From the NCBI GenBank assembly GCA_964392345.1, contig CAYMPQ010000004.1:1-44400 (forward strand): a stretch of DNA of 44,400 nt. Direction: 5' to 3'. The DNA is from an uncultured Actinomycetota bacterium. Its GTDB lineage: Bacteria; Actinomycetota; Humimicrobiia; Humimicrobiales; Humimicrobiaceae. Positions 25,848-36,232 of this stretch are shown here, piece after piece; the first letter of the stretch is position 1, and each line of letters begins with the position of its first letter. Below the pieces are notes generated by a model. It was not told the DNA's origin. It saw nothing but the letters and a program-made list of their open reading frames with translations, and made no database searches. Both the position numbers and the translations under genes were made by a program.

Positions 25848-27374
25848 CTAATTTAAGCTGTCGCTGGCTTCCTGGACTTCTCTTACCGAGCCTTCTGCCA
25901 CTACTATGAATGAATCTATTGGAATATCTTTATCGCCTTTAATAATAATATATTTTTTAGTTGTCATTCTTAGATGTTTTAAATTCCTCCCTCCATGACC
26001 GATTATCATAGAAGCAATGCTGTAATTAAGCTTTATTAAAAATGCTGCTGCTCTTCTTTCTCTTGCAAGTTCTCTGATATTTCTTTCAATTTCCAGCATA
26101 ACAGATTCTTCTGATTTAACATGGCCGCTTCCGCCACAGCTTGGACAAACCTTGCACATTGTCCCTAAAATTCCATCTGAAACATTTTTTCTGGTCATTT
26201 CCACAAGTCCCAGCTTAGAAAATGGCAAAACCTCCGTCTTGGTTTTATCCTCTTCCAGGCATTGTTTGAATCTTTTTAAAATTTTTAATCTATCTCCTTC
26301 GCTTTCCATATCTATAAAGTCAACAACAATTATTCCGCCTATATCACGCAATCTCAATTGTTCGGCTACAACTTCTGCAGCTTCAAGATTGGTTCTAAAT
26401 ATAGTAACAGCCGGGTTCTTGCCAGAAGTATACTTTCCTGTATTTACGTCTATAGAAGTCAGGGCCTCTCCATAATCTATTACTATAAAACCTCCTGACT
26501 TCAGCCATATTTTTCTCTCTAATGCACTTTCTACAGCTTCATTTATGCTAAACTCTTCAAACAAATCTTTTTTACCATGATGGACAATTATATTGTTAAA
26601 TTTAACACCAATCCCGTTAAAATACGTGGCAATGTCCTTTTTAATTCCTTTTTTATTAACATATATAGCGCTGAAATCTTCTGTAAATATATCTCTCAAT
26701 AATTTTACAACAATTGAACACTCCTCATAAATAAGCCCCGGTGTACTTAGCGCAGATTCTTTTTTCTTAACAGTTTTCCATATTTTTATAAGCTGTCTTA
26801 AATCTTTTTTTAGCATTACGCTATTTGCTTCTCTGGCAGCAGTTCTTACAATTACTCCGCAACTTTCACACCTTATTTCTTCTGCCAACTTTCTCAATTC
26901 TTCTCTTTCGTCTTTTTTTAATTTTCTGGAAACTCCGATTCCATTATTAAATGGCGCTAGAACTAAATACCTCCCCGGAATTGAAATAAAAGTTGTAAGT
27001 CTTGCGCCCTTACCCTTCATTGGATCCTTGGTCACCTGCGCCAGAATCATTTGGTTTGGCTTTAGAATATGTTGTATTTTATGTGGAATTTCTTCCCTGT
27101 CTTCAATATCAACATCATAAGCAACTTCATTTTTATACAGAAAAGCATTTCTGCTTTCGCCAATATCCACAAAAGCTGCATCAAGGCTTGGGAGAACATT
27201 TTTTACTTTTCCCAAATATATATTGCCCACTATCGACCTGCCATGTTTTCTGTCAAAATACAGATGGGTAACTTTTTTTGATTCCATAATAGCAACCCGG
27301 GTTTCATACCTATCCGAGCTTATCAACATTTCTTTACTCAATTTTTTACCAGTCTCCTTCTTTGTTGCTGCCAT
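25848..27374 (-). CDS. Ribonuclease E/G family protein
   Basis: S1 domain VGNIYLGKV...AAFVDIG, KGARLT, IDVNTG, LRDIGGIIVVDFIDM and CPSCGGSG zinc link; 508 aa. Confidence 0.96.
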   Translation of the reverse strand: MAATKKETGKKLSKEMLISSDRYETRVAIMESKKVTHLYFDRKHGRSIVGNIYLGKVKNVLPSLDAAFVDIGESRNAFLYKNEVAYDVDIEDREEIPHKIQHILKPNQMILAQVTKDPMKGKGARLTTFISIPGRYLVLAPFNNGIGVSRKLKKDEREELRKLAEEIRCESCGVIVRTAAREANSVMLKKDLRQLIKIWKTVKKKESALSTPGLIYEECSIVVKLLRDIFTEDFSAIYVNKKGIKKDIATYFNGIGVKFNNIIVHHGKKDLFEEFSINEAVESALERKIWLKSGGFIVIDYGEALTSIDVNTGKYTSGKNPAVTIFRTNLEAAEVVAEQLRLRDIGGIIVVDFIDMESEGDRLKILKRFKQCLEEDKTKTEVLPFSKLGLVEMTRKNVSDGILGTMCKVCPSCGGSGHVKSEESVMLEIERNIRELARERRAAAFLIKLNYSIASMIIGHGGRNLKHLRMTTKKYIIIKGDKDIPIDSFIVVAEGSVREVQEASDSLN

Positions 27375-27397
27375 GATTACTAATTTAATTAAATTTA

Positions 27398-28102
27398 TTA
27401 AATTATTTCCATAGGCGTTTTTAAAGTATTGTCTTTAAAAATATATAGCTCTTCTTTTTTTATGTAACTAATATTTATTATATTATATTTTTTTATCCAA
27501 TTCTGGAAAAATTCCAAAAAATTATTAAATTTAAATATTTCATTATTTAAGTTCTTAAAAATTTTAACATATCCATACAATTTTACAAAAATAATATCTT
27601 CATTGCTAGTTTTAACCATCAGGTCAAAAATAGAGCTGGAAAAATCAGATTTGTTTTTAATATTATTTTTCACGCTTTCGGTAAATTCATTGATAAAATT
27701 TACTGTGCTGCCGGAAACATCAAGCTCAAAACAGTACAAACATACAGATATATCCCTTGAGAGGCTTGCTGATTTTATGTCTATCTTTTTTGCCCGGGTA
27801 ATCATCATTTGCGGCACTAGCTGCAAGTTAACTGCACTTAAAAACTCGCATTCTTCAATATCTTCTAAAACAATAACATCGCAGTATTCAGCAAAACTGT
27901 CTACTCCTAAAGGAGTGGGGTTGCTAAAATTAATTTTAGGCTTGGGCCTGTACCCACAACTGTATTTTGTTTTTATCCCGGCCCTTCTTAAAGCTCTTGT
28001 AATAATATTTACAATATCAAGATGAGACAGGTATCTGTGCTCATCTTTTTTATAAAACTTAAATCTTATTTTGCACCCGGCTGAATTTTCTTGATTTTTC
28101 AT
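27398..28102 (-). CDS. Radical SAM-linked protein (DUF2344/TIGR03936-type)
   Basis: RYLSHLDIVNIITRALRRAGI...YSCGYRPKPKINFSNPTPLGVDSFAEY. Confidence 0.9.
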   Translation of the reverse strand: MKNQENSAGCKIRFKFYKKDEHRYLSHLDIVNIITRALRRAGIKTKYSCGYRPKPKINFSNPTPLGVDSFAEYCDVIVLEDIEECEFLSAVNLQLVPQMMITRAKKIDIKSASLSRDISVCLYCFELDVSGSTVNFINEFTESVKNNIKNKSDFSSSIFDLMVKTSNEDIIFVKLYGYVKIFKNLNNEIFKFNNFLEFFQNWIKKYNIINISYIKKEELYIFKDNTLKTPMEII

Positions 28103-29864
28103 ATTCGTTAAATAAAAATTTCTTGCTTGTCCCTATGTCTATAATGTCCCATGGAAGAATTTCATCAGGAAGAATTTCCCGTGTTGCAAAAAAATTCATA
28201 TCCAATCCTGACTCTTTAAATGCTTCCTCCCAAATTTGATAACTAAACATATCTGTCCAGTTATCAAATTTTGCACCCTTCCTCCAGGCTTTTTCTATGG
28301 CATCCCCAACACTGGAATCCCCTTTAGACAGAGCGCTTTCTATTTTACTTGCTTGTGGATTGGACCAGCTGATTTGAACAAACTTTTTTGGAACATTTTT
28401 TACAATATAATTAAACTTCTCCACCAGATTGTCAGTACTATCCTGCCCCACCCATTGGAACGGGGTAAATGGTTTTGGGCAAAAAGCATTTATGCTTACA
28501 TTTATTTTAAATCTCCTGAAGTTTCGTTTAGGCAATATGCCTTTGGCAGTGTCTGTTATTTTTTTTATAAGCAGCACTATTTGCTCTATATCCTCGTCTT
28601 CCTCAAAAGGAAATCCTATCATAAAATATAATTTAATTTTCTCCCAGCCATTTTTAAAAGCTACTTTTATACAATCAATCATTTCTTCTTCGCTGATATT
28701 TTTATTGATAATATCTCTCATTCTCTGGCTTCCAGCTTCTGGAGCAAAAGTTAGCCCTGTTCTTCTTCCACTTCTGATGAGTTTAGCTAAATGAAGGTTA
28801 AAACTATCTACCCTGAGCGAAGGAAGTGAAACAGATATTTTGTTTAGATTCATAAAACCCGCAACACCTTCCAGCAAACAGCCAATATCCTTATAGTCAG
28901 CAGTGGATAGCGACATAAATGAGATTTCATCATACCCTGTATTTTTTATGCCGCAGATACTGTGCTCTATCAGAGAATTTACATTTCTCTGCCTCACTGG
29001 CCTGTAAATGATCCCGGCCTGACAGAACCTGCACCCTCTGCTGCATCCCCTCATAATTTCAATAACAAATCTATCATGCACAGGTTTAATATTTGGTATA
29101 ACCGGGTTTAAAACAATATCAAACTTGTTTAAATCCTTAACAGTCTCTTTTTTTACTCTCAAAAATGGTTTAATATCGCTGATCCTGCCATCCTTAAAAT
29201 AATAAAATTTATAAAGACCCGGGACATACACTCCATCAAGTTTGCTTATTTCTTTTAAAAACCAGAGCTTGTCCTTGCTGCTCTTTTTATATGTTTTAAC
29301 TTTTTCTAAAATCTTAACAGTCAGTTCTTCCCCATCCCCGATTACCATAAAGTCCATAAATTTAGATAGAGGCTGGGGATTAACTACAGCTGGGCCTCCT
29401 GCACAAACCAGCGGAAGCCTCCCCTCCCTTTCTTTTGAATGTATTTTCAGCCCGCTCATATCAATTATGTTTAAAATATTTGTATAAAGCATCTCATGCT
29501 GTGCGCTAAAGCCAAGAACATCAAAACAATCCAAAAAAATCCTGCTCTCAAGAGAAAACAACTTTACTTTGCTGTCCCTCAGTTTTTTCTCAAAATCTGT
29601 CCACGGAGAAAAAACTCTTTCGGCTGAAAAATACTTTGTTTTGTTTATAATTTCATATAAAATCGGCAGACCAAGATTTGGCATCCCTATTTCATATATA
29701 TCAGGAAAAATGAGGGCTATAAAAACCATGCTTGAAAAATCAGCAATCTTGCTTATATCTTTGCTTTTGGTACCAACCTCATGATTAACATATCTTCCCG
29801 GTTTTTGAATACCTTCAAGCAAGTTCTCAAGTTCACTAAATTTTAGAGTTTTTATTTTTTCCAT
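28059..29864 (-). CDS. B12-binding radical SAM protein (TIGR03960-type)
   Basis: KPGRY, FPDIYEIGMPNLG, EIMRGCSRGCRFCQAG (CxxxCxxC), SLPSLR, TFAPEAG and PKPFTPFQW. Confidence 0.92.
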   Translation of the reverse strand: MEKIKTLKFSELENLLEGIQKPGRYVNHEVGTKSKDISKIADFSSMVFIALIFPDIYEIGMPNLGLPILYEIINKTKYFSAERVFSPWTDFEKKLRDSKVKLFSLESRIFLDCFDVLGFSAQHEMLYTNILNIIDMSGLKIHSKEREGRLPLVCAGGPAVVNPQPLSKFMDFMVIGDGEELTVKILEKVKTYKKSSKDKLWFLKEISKLDGVYVPGLYKFYYFKDGRISDIKPFLRVKKETVKDLNKFDIVLNPVIPNIKPVHDRFVIEIMRGCSRGCRFCQAGIIYRPVRQRNVNSLIEHSICGIKNTGYDEISFMSLSTADYKDIGCLLEGVAGFMNLNKISVSLPSLRVDSFNLHLAKLIRSGRRTGLTFAPEAGSQRMRDIINKNISEEEMIDCIKVAFKNGWEKIKLYFMIGFPFEEDEDIEQIVLLIKKITDTAKGILPKRNFRRFKINVSINAFCPKPFTPFQWVGQDSTDNLVEKFNYIVKNVPKKFVQISWSNPQASKIESALSKGDSSVGDAIEKAWRKGAKFDNWTDMFSYQIWEEAFKESGLDMNFFATREILPDEILPWDIIDIGTSKKFLFNEYEKSRKFSRVQNKI

Positions 29865-29885
29865 AACTTAATGCCAGCCCTATGT

Positions 29886-31079
29886 CTAATCAAATTCCTG
29901 ATAGGCTATCTCGTAATCTTTTCTTATTTCTCTTCTTCTATATATATTTTCTACAAGGCCTATCCCCACAAAAACACTTAAAAGATTTGAGCCTCCGTAG
30001 CTTAGGAATGGTAGAGGAATACCAATAATTGGCATTATACCTATTGTCATCCCTATATTTATAACCATCTGCGAGAGTATCATAAATCCAATTCCACCAC
30101 TGGCCAACGAGCCAAAACTATCACTTGCATTAAGTGATATATAAAAACACCGCCATACAATTACTGCAAGCAATACTATCACAATCAAGGCTCCCACAAA
30201 CCCAAGCTCTTCTCCAATCACTGAAAAAATAAAATCTGTATGGTGCTCAGGAACATAGTTAAGGTTTGTTTGTTTCCCTAAAAATAGTCCTTTACCAAAT
30301 AACTCTCCTGACCCTATAGCCAGTTTGGACTGGAATAAATTATACCCCGCACCTTCTTTCTGGACACCCGGTTTTATAAATACAAGTATCCTGTCTAACT
30401 GATACTCCTTTATTAAATTTACCTTCAACCCCAGCAATACTCCGCCAGCAGTCACAGCTATAATTCCTAAAAAATATAAAATGCTGGCGCCTGATATAAA
30501 AAGCATCCCTACATATGTTAAATAATATATTAAAGATGTGCCTAAATCAGGTTCCATTGCAACAAGAACCGTGCACACAGATAAAACCACCAGTGAAAAA
30601 AATACCTTTTTAAATCCAACTTTATTTTTTTTATCTGTTTTCTGTTTTGATAAAATAGCAGATATTACTATAACCATAAATATTTTAGAAATCTCCGAAG
30701 GCTGTACTGAAAAAAACTTTAAGTCCATCCAGCTCTTTGATCCATGAACTTCAAATCCTAAAAACAGTACCAATACAAGAGAAGCAATAATTCCTGCAAA
30801 TACCACCCACCAATATTTTTTTATGCTTTTGTAATTTATAAATTGAATCAGCAATAAAAACACTACGCTTGCTGCCAGCCACAGCGCCTGCTTTTTTAAA
30901 TAATACAATGGGTCATTTACTTCTCCCGGCATACTAAACCTTGTAGCGCTGTAGATCATAAGAACACCAAACAGGGATACCAGCAAAACAGAGAAAAATA
31001 ATATAAAATCAAATTTTACCCTTGTCTTTTCCTTTTCCAAACTATCCAGTTCTTTATTGCTTCTTCTCATTTTTATCAT
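29886..31079 (-). CDS. rodA: Rod shape-determining SEDS protein RodA
   Basis: GSKSW, VQPSEISK, EPDLGT, PEHHTDFIFSVIGEELG and GIPLPFLSYGGS; follows pbp2. Start approximate. Confidence 0.95.
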   Translation of the reverse strand: MIKMRRSNKELDSLEKEKTRVKFDFILFFSVLLVSLFGVLMIYSATRFSMPGEVNDPLYYLKKQALWLAASVVFLLLIQFINYKSIKKYWWVVFAGIIASLVLVLFLGFEVHGSKSWMDLKFFSVQPSEISKIFMVIVISAILSKQKTDKKNKVGFKKVFFSLVVLSVCTVLVAMEPDLGTSLIYYLTYVGMLFISGASILYFLGIIAVTAGGVLLGLKVNLIKEYQLDRILVFIKPGVQKEGAGYNLFQSKLAIGSGELFGKGLFLGKQTNLNYVPEHHTDFIFSVIGEELGFVGALIVIVLLAVIVWRCFYISLNASDSFGSLASGGIGFMILSQMVINIGMTIGIMPIIGIPLPFLSYGGSNLLSVFVGIGLVENIYRRREIRKDYEIAYQEFD

Positions 31080-31080
31080 T

Positions 31081-32934
31081 TTAATTAAGATTAAACAGAT
31101 ATCTATATATTTTCTCAGCAACAGGCGCTGCTACATTGCCGCCTGAACCTGCCTCTTCCAGCATTACCACGACTACATATTCCGGATTTCCAGCAGGCCC
31201 ATAGCTTGCAAACCATGCATAGTCCTGTTTCCCTACTACCTCAGATGTTCCTGTCTTCCCGGCTATTGGAATCTCATCTAAGGGAAAATTCCGAAAAGCA
31301 TATAAGGCTGTCCCCTGGCTTACGGCAAGGCAAAGCCCATCTTCTATTATATCCATGAAGTTGCTGTTTAAATTTAAATTTTCACACTCATTTCTTCTTA
31401 AATCAATTGATATTTCCCCGCTTTCATCTCTTGCCTCACTTACAACATGAGGAGTACATTTCACTCCCCTGTTAGCTAAAATAGAGTAAGCCTGCGCTGT
31501 CTGAAGCGGAGTTGTAAGTAAATATCCCTGACCTATTACCATGTTAATGGTGTCACCAGGAAACCATACCGAATGCTCCACCTGACTCTTAAAATATTCT
31601 TTTTTCCACTGCCTGTCCGGGACCAATCCCCCGTCTTCATAAGGAAGGTCAATTCCTGTTTTAGTTCCAAACCCAAAAATTCTCGCATATTTTTGAAGCA
31701 GTTCTTCTATATTTTGAAGTTTTAGAAAAAGTCCGTACCCTATTTCATAAAAACAAATATCACAGGAATTCTTAATACCACTCCTAATATCAACACTTCC
31801 ATGTCCAGACTTTTTCCAGCACCATTTAGGAAAGTCTTCCCCTAATCTATACCATACACCGCCACAATTAATTTTGCTGTACTCGCTGATTATATTTTCA
31901 GAAAGTCCTGCATAAGCAGGAATGACTTTAAAAGCTGAACCAGGAGCAAAAGACATCATGGCTCTGTTGTTTAAAGGATAATTGTTGTCAGGATTATTTA
32001 AGTAATTCCAATCAGAAATCCTTATCCCCCCTACAAATAATTCTGGATTAAAAGTTGGGTAACTTGCCATAGCCAGAACCTCTCCTGTTTTGGCCCCAAG
32101 CACTATAACAGCTCCGCCAGTCACCTTATAATATTCATCAGACCTGGGAAGTTTATTCTGTCTAATCTCCACGACAGATTCATGTAAAATTTCTTCCACT
32201 TTTTTTTGCAGTTCAATATCTATTGTCAGATACAGGTCATTGCCTGCAGTGTAATTAGTTTCTTCTATTATCCTTACAGGCCTGCCCATGGGATCTACTT
32301 CATATATTATTTCCCCTTTTACTCCCTTTAGCACATTTTCATAAACTGCTTCTATCCCGGTCAGCCCAATTTGATCACCACCCTCATAACCCGCACTATA
32401 TTTCTTCATCTTAAGCTTGTCTTCATCTATCTCTCCTGTATATCCAAGTATGTGCGAAGCTAACGAACCATAGCTATACTCTCTGCTAAAAATATCTATC
32501 ACTTCAACTCCAGGGAGCATGTTGCTATTTTCTTTTAAATATATCATTAAACCATAATCAATATTTTCTTTCAGAATAACCCTGTCAAGATATGGTATAT
32601 TGCTGTTTTGTAATTTTTTAACTATATCTTTATAAGGAATATTAAGTTTTTCACTTAGAATCTTAATTACATCCTCATGTTGCAGCAAAACACGGGGGTC
32701 AACTGCAACTGCCAGTACAGGTATGCTTTTAACCAAAAGTTTCCCATTTTTGTCATAAATATTACCGCGGGGCGCAAGAACTGTTCTCGTCCTGATAATA
32801 CTTTCCGAGGCTTCTTCTGCGTATAGGCTGCCGCTAATTACCTGCAAAAAGTAAAGCCTTAAAATAAAAATTGCCATTAAAGCTAAAAACAAATAAATAA
32901 CTACTCTAAGTCTTTTCTTTATTATGGAATCCAA
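31081..32934 (-). CDS. mrdA: Penicillin-binding protein 2
   Basis: APRGNIYD, SxxK (PGSAFK), SCD and GKTGT; inside the mre cluster. Confidence 0.95.
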   Translation of the reverse strand: MDSIIKKRLRVVIYLFLALMAIFILRLYFLQVISGSLYAEEASESIIRTRTVLAPRGNIYDKNGKLLVKSIPVLAVAVDPRVLLQHEDVIKILSEKLNIPYKDIVKKLQNSNIPYLDRVILKENIDYGLMIYLKENSNMLPGVEVIDIFSREYSYGSLASHILGYTGEIDEDKLKMKKYSAGYEGGDQIGLTGIEAVYENVLKGVKGEIIYEVDPMGRPVRIIEETNYTAGNDLYLTIDIELQKKVEEILHESVVEIRQNKLPRSDEYYKVTGGAVIVLGAKTGEVLAMASYPTFNPELFVGGIRISDWNYLNNPDNNYPLNNRAMMSFAPGSAFKVIPAYAGLSENIISEYSKINCGGVWYRLGEDFPKWCWKKSGHGSVDIRSGIKNSCDICFYEIGYGLFLKLQNIEELLQKYARIFGFGTKTGIDLPYEDGGLVPDRQWKKEYFKSQVEHSVWFPGDTINMVIGQGYLLTTPLQTAQAYSILANRGVKCTPHVVSEARDESGEISIDLRRNECENLNLNSNFMDIIEDGLCLAVSQGTALYAFRNFPLDEIPIAGKTGTSEVVGKQDYAWFASYGPAGNPEYVVVVMLEEAGSGGNVAAPVAEKIYRYLFNLN

Positions 32935-33427
32935 TTACATACTCCCTGTGCATACCAATTCTTATAAGTGGGAAAATAACAAACATCAAAATAATATTAC
33001 AAACAGGTTTAACTAATAATTCTAATCCTAATTCAGATATTGCAATATTAAAATTAAATAAATAATGAATCACACTAACCAATATAAGATTTATTTCTGT
33101 AACCAAAAAAATTATAAATGCAAAGCTCAAAATCCTTTGCTTAAGTCCAGTCTCAATAAGTTTACCTGCAATAAAGGCACTGGCAGCATACGCGAAAGCA
33201 CTTATTCCAACAGTACCGCCTCCCAACATTAAGTCAAGCAGTATGCCCGCTGTAAACCCACAAAAAGCTCCGAATATTGCCCCGTCCATTAAAGAAATAG
33301 CAATTACTGTTACCAGAACCAAATCAAAATTCACTGAAAACAGCTTTAGATTTTCAACAAATGCTATCTGCAAAACAAGGCAAGCTGCCAGTATAAAAAA
33401 ATGCAGGACTTTATATGTTAATTTCAT
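32906..33427 (-). CDS. mreD: Rod shape-determining protein MreD
   Basis: 173 aa hydrophobic protein with DLVLV...GFTAGILLDL; lies between mreC and pbp2. Confidence 0.9.
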   Translation of the reverse strand: MKLTYKVLHFFILAACLVLQIAFVENLKLFSVNFDLVLVTVIAISLMDGAIFGAFCGFTAGILLDLMLGGGTVGISAFAYAASAFIAGKLIETGLKQRILSFAFIIFLVTEINLILVSVIHYLFNFNIAISELGLELLVKPVCNIILMFVIFPLIRIGMHREYVIGFHNKEKT

Positions 33428-33446
33428 AATTAATTAAGAAATTGTC

Positions 33447-34250
33447 TCATCCTTTTATGATTAAGACATACTCCAGCTCTTTAAAATCTACAAATGGTTC
33501 TATTTCTATTTCCTTGTAAAGGCTCCCTGTGCTCCCGGCGGTACTTTTTATTCTTCCTACAAGAATTTCTGATGGCAGAAGTTTGCCATATTCAGATGTA
33601 ATAATTACATCGCCTTTGAATACTATTTCTTCTTTAGGAATATAATTTAAGTAAATCTTTTTATCATTGCCGCCTTCTACCATTCCCAATACCCTCGATG
33701 AAAGTATCCGTGCCCCGATACTGCTTCGCGGATCATTGATAAGTTTTACCCTGCAGCTGCTGCTGGCACTTAATATTATTATTCCTACAAGCCCGTCCTC
33801 GCTTACTACACCCATTCCTTCCAAAACCCCATCATTTGTGCCTTTATTTAAGGTAATCTCAGATTGCAGTTCACCCCTGCTGAAACCAATCACCTTGGCA
33901 AGTTCAGTTTCATAATCTTTTCTTAATTGTACGCCTAAAAGCTCCCTTAAAGCATTATTTTCAATTTTAAGATTAATATTTTCGCTATAATCTTTCCTAA
34001 GGTTTGAATTTTCTTTTTCCAGGATTTTTATTTTTTCCCTTAAATTAAGATAATCCCTGGTTGAATTTATAAAGTTTGCTACAGGGTGGAAAAATAAAAA
34101 AAATTTTTCCTGAACAGGCTTGAAAAAATCAAGGGTTTTTACTTTTACCTTTTTAATTAAATCAGATTCCTTAAAGCTAACAGTAATAATTACCAGACAT
34201 AAAACAATTATTATGGCCAGGACAATAAGGTTTTTAAAATTTTTTCCCAT
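33447..34250 (-). CDS. mreC: Rod shape-determining protein MreC
   Basis: TM, coiled coil (ENNALRELL), LNKGTNDGV..GMGVV...GLVG and GDVIITS. Confidence 0.93.
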   Translation of the reverse strand: MGKNFKNLIVLAIIIVLCLVIITVSFKESDLIKKVKVKTLDFFKPVQEKFFLFFHPVANFINSTRDYLNLREKIKILEKENSNLRKDYSENINLKIENNALRELLGVQLRKDYETELAKVIGFSRGELQSEITLNKGTNDGVLEGMGVVSEDGLVGIIILSASSSCRVKLINDPRSSIGARILSSRVLGMVEGGNDKKIYLNYIPKEEIVFKGDVIITSEYGKLLPSEILVGRIKSTAGSTGSLYKEIEIEPFVDFKELEYVLIIKG

Positions 34251-34298
34251 GGGTGAAACTAAAAATAAGAGATATAACAAAAGATAAAAATACAGTGT

Positions 34299-35330
34299 CT
34301 ATTGCTTGGAATATTTAAGATATTTCTTTAGTGCTGTAAAATCTTCTACACATCTGCCGGCTCCGATAGCCACGCTGGCAATTGGTTCATCAGCCATACA
34401 AACCTGGCAATGAGTTTCTCTCCCAACCCTCTCTGCAAGGCCCTTAAGCAATGAACCACCGCCTGTTAACACTATTCCATTTTTTAAAATATCTGAAGAC
34501 AGCTCCGGAGGCGTATCGTCCAACACATCTATAACTGCATCCACTATGTCGCTTACCGTCTTTTCAAGAGCTTTCCTTACTTGCTGACTTGTAACAATAA
34601 TTGTTTTCGGAAGCCCGGTCACCAAATCCCTTCCATTTACTTCCATTTTTGACTCATTCTCCAGAGGAAATGCAGACCCAATTTCCATTTTTATCTTTTC
34701 AGCAGTTCTTTCCCCTACAAGTAAATTATTTTCCTTTTTCAAATAATAAATTATTGCCTCATCCATCTCGTTGCCGCCAATCCTAAGAGACTTGCTTACT
34801 ACTATGCCGCCCAAAGATGTAATTGCCACCTCAGAAGTTCCGCCGCCTATATCCACTACCATGCTCCCTACCGGCTCATTAATAGGAAGCCCTGCGCCTA
34901 TTGCAGCAGCAAGCGGTTCTTCAATAATATAAGCCGCTCTTGCACCTGCCTGCTCAGCAGCTTCAATAACCGCCTTTCTTTCAACAGGAGTAATGCCGGA
35001 TGGAACACAAATAACAATTCTTGGCCTCGCAAATGACACATTTTTGTGAACTTTCTGAATAAAATATCTGAGCATTTTTTCAGTAGTTTCAAAATCTGCA
35101 ATTACCCCATCTTTAAGCGGCTTTATTGCAACTATGTTCCCCGGTGTTCTTCCAACCATCCTTTTAGCTTCATGTCCAACCGCAATTACCCTTTTACTAT
35201 TATTATCAATAGCTACTATTGAAGGCTCCTCAAGAACTATGCCCCTGCCCTTAACATATATTAATGTACTTACGGTCCCGAGATCTATCCCCATATCTCT
35301 ACCTATCACGTTTAGAAAAAATTCAAACAT
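34299..35330 (-). CDS. mreB: Rod shape-determining protein MreB
   Basis: GIDLGT, PLKDGVIADF, EEPLAAAIGAG, VDIGGGTSE and LTGGGSLL. ATG 35330 follows AAGGAG. Confidence 0.97.
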   Translation of the reverse strand: MFEFFLNVIGRDMGIDLGTVSTLIYVKGRGIVLEEPSIVAIDNNSKRVIAVGHEAKRMVGRTPGNIVAIKPLKDGVIADFETTEKMLRYFIQKVHKNVSFARPRIVICVPSGITPVERKAVIEAAEQAGARAAYIIEEPLAAAIGAGLPINEPVGSMVVDIGGGTSEVAITSLGGIVVSKSLRIGGNEMDEAIIYYLKKENNLLVGERTAEKIKMEIGSAFPLENESKMEVNGRDLVTGLPKTIIVTSQQVRKALEKTVSDIVDAVIDVLDDTPPELSSDILKNGIVLTGGGSLLKGLAERVGRETHCQVCMADEPIASVAIGAGRCVEDFTALKKYLKYSKQ

Positions 35331-35392
35331 TAAAAACTCCTTAACCACGGTAAAAATTTATAATCAAATCAGTGCAGTAAGTTTATATTTTT

Positions 35393-35644
35393 TTATTTTC
35401 TCCTTCCAATATCAGCAAGTAAAAATCCCAGCAATATTCCTATTATTGCGCACAGCGTAATGTTTGCATGAACGCTGAAGCTTATATCAAACAGGTATAA
35501 GTTGAGACTCAAAGAATCAGTGCCAATCTTTAACCCTTTATCCAGTATTGGAATTGTATCTGACAATACATGTCCCAGCACAGCTCCTAAAATTCCTCCC
35601 AGCAAAACTATGAAAAAAACTACCTTACCCCTTTTTCTAAACAT
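35393..35644 (-). CDS. Small two-TM membrane protein (DUF4321-like)
   Basis: 83 aa, LGGILGAVLG...LNL...SFS...NIT..AIIGILLG; upstream of mreB. Confidence 0.72.
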   Translation of the reverse strand: MFRKRGKVVFFIVLLGGILGAVLGHVLSDTIPILDKGLKIGTDSLSLNLYLFDISFSVHANITLCAIIGILLGFLLADIGRRK

Positions 35645-35742
35645 TTTTCCACCTTAAAAAATATTCTTAATTAAAAATTTCCTAATCTAACTACTATTTT
35701 TCTTAACTCTTTGCTAATTACTCAAATTAATGCTTGGCTAAA

Positions 35743-36147
35743 CTAATTTTGTCCAAAAAATAATTTTATTTCCCTGTTGGAACTTTTTACTGAATCAGAG
35801 CCATGAATCACATTTATAGTTATATCTGTACCAAAGTCCCCCCTGATTGTACCTTTTTCAGCTTTCTTTGAATCCGTAGGACCAATAATAGACCTGACTT
35901 TCTTAATGGCATCTTTGCCGCTTACCACCATAATAACTGTTCTATCAGATGTAATATATTTTATCAGACTTTCAAAGAAATTTTTATCTTTATGCTCACA
36001 GTAGTGCTCGCATGCCAGTTTTCTATCTATCCTGGCCATTTTTAATTTCTCTATAGTCAAATCTTCTTTTTCAAACCGTGTTATTATTTCTCCAATGATT
36101 TTTTTTCTCACAGCATCCGGCTTTATTATTACCAAACTTTTTTCCAT
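35743..36147 (-). CDS. ndk: Nucleoside-diphosphate kinase
   Basis: IIKPDAV, HYCEHKDKNFF, GTIRGDF and NVIHGSDS. Confidence 0.97.
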   Translation of the reverse strand: MEKSLVIIKPDAVRKKIIGEIITRFEKEDLTIEKLKMARIDRKLACEHYCEHKDKNFFESLIKYITSDRTVIMVVSGKDAIKKVRSIIGPTDSKKAEKGTIRGDFGTDITINVIHGSDSVKSSNREIKLFFGQN

Positions 36148-36232
36148 ATATTCTCATCTCTCTACTGTCAAAGTTACTATTTTATTTATTGCCGTAAACT
36201 ATTGCATCCGCCGCCAGCCTCCAGCCGCTCTG

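Noticed and set aside
35260-35295. MreB phosphate-1 motif reads DLGTVST instead of DLGTANT
   Set aside because: The catalytic DLGT and all other actin-fold motifs are intact, so this is probably ordinary divergence.
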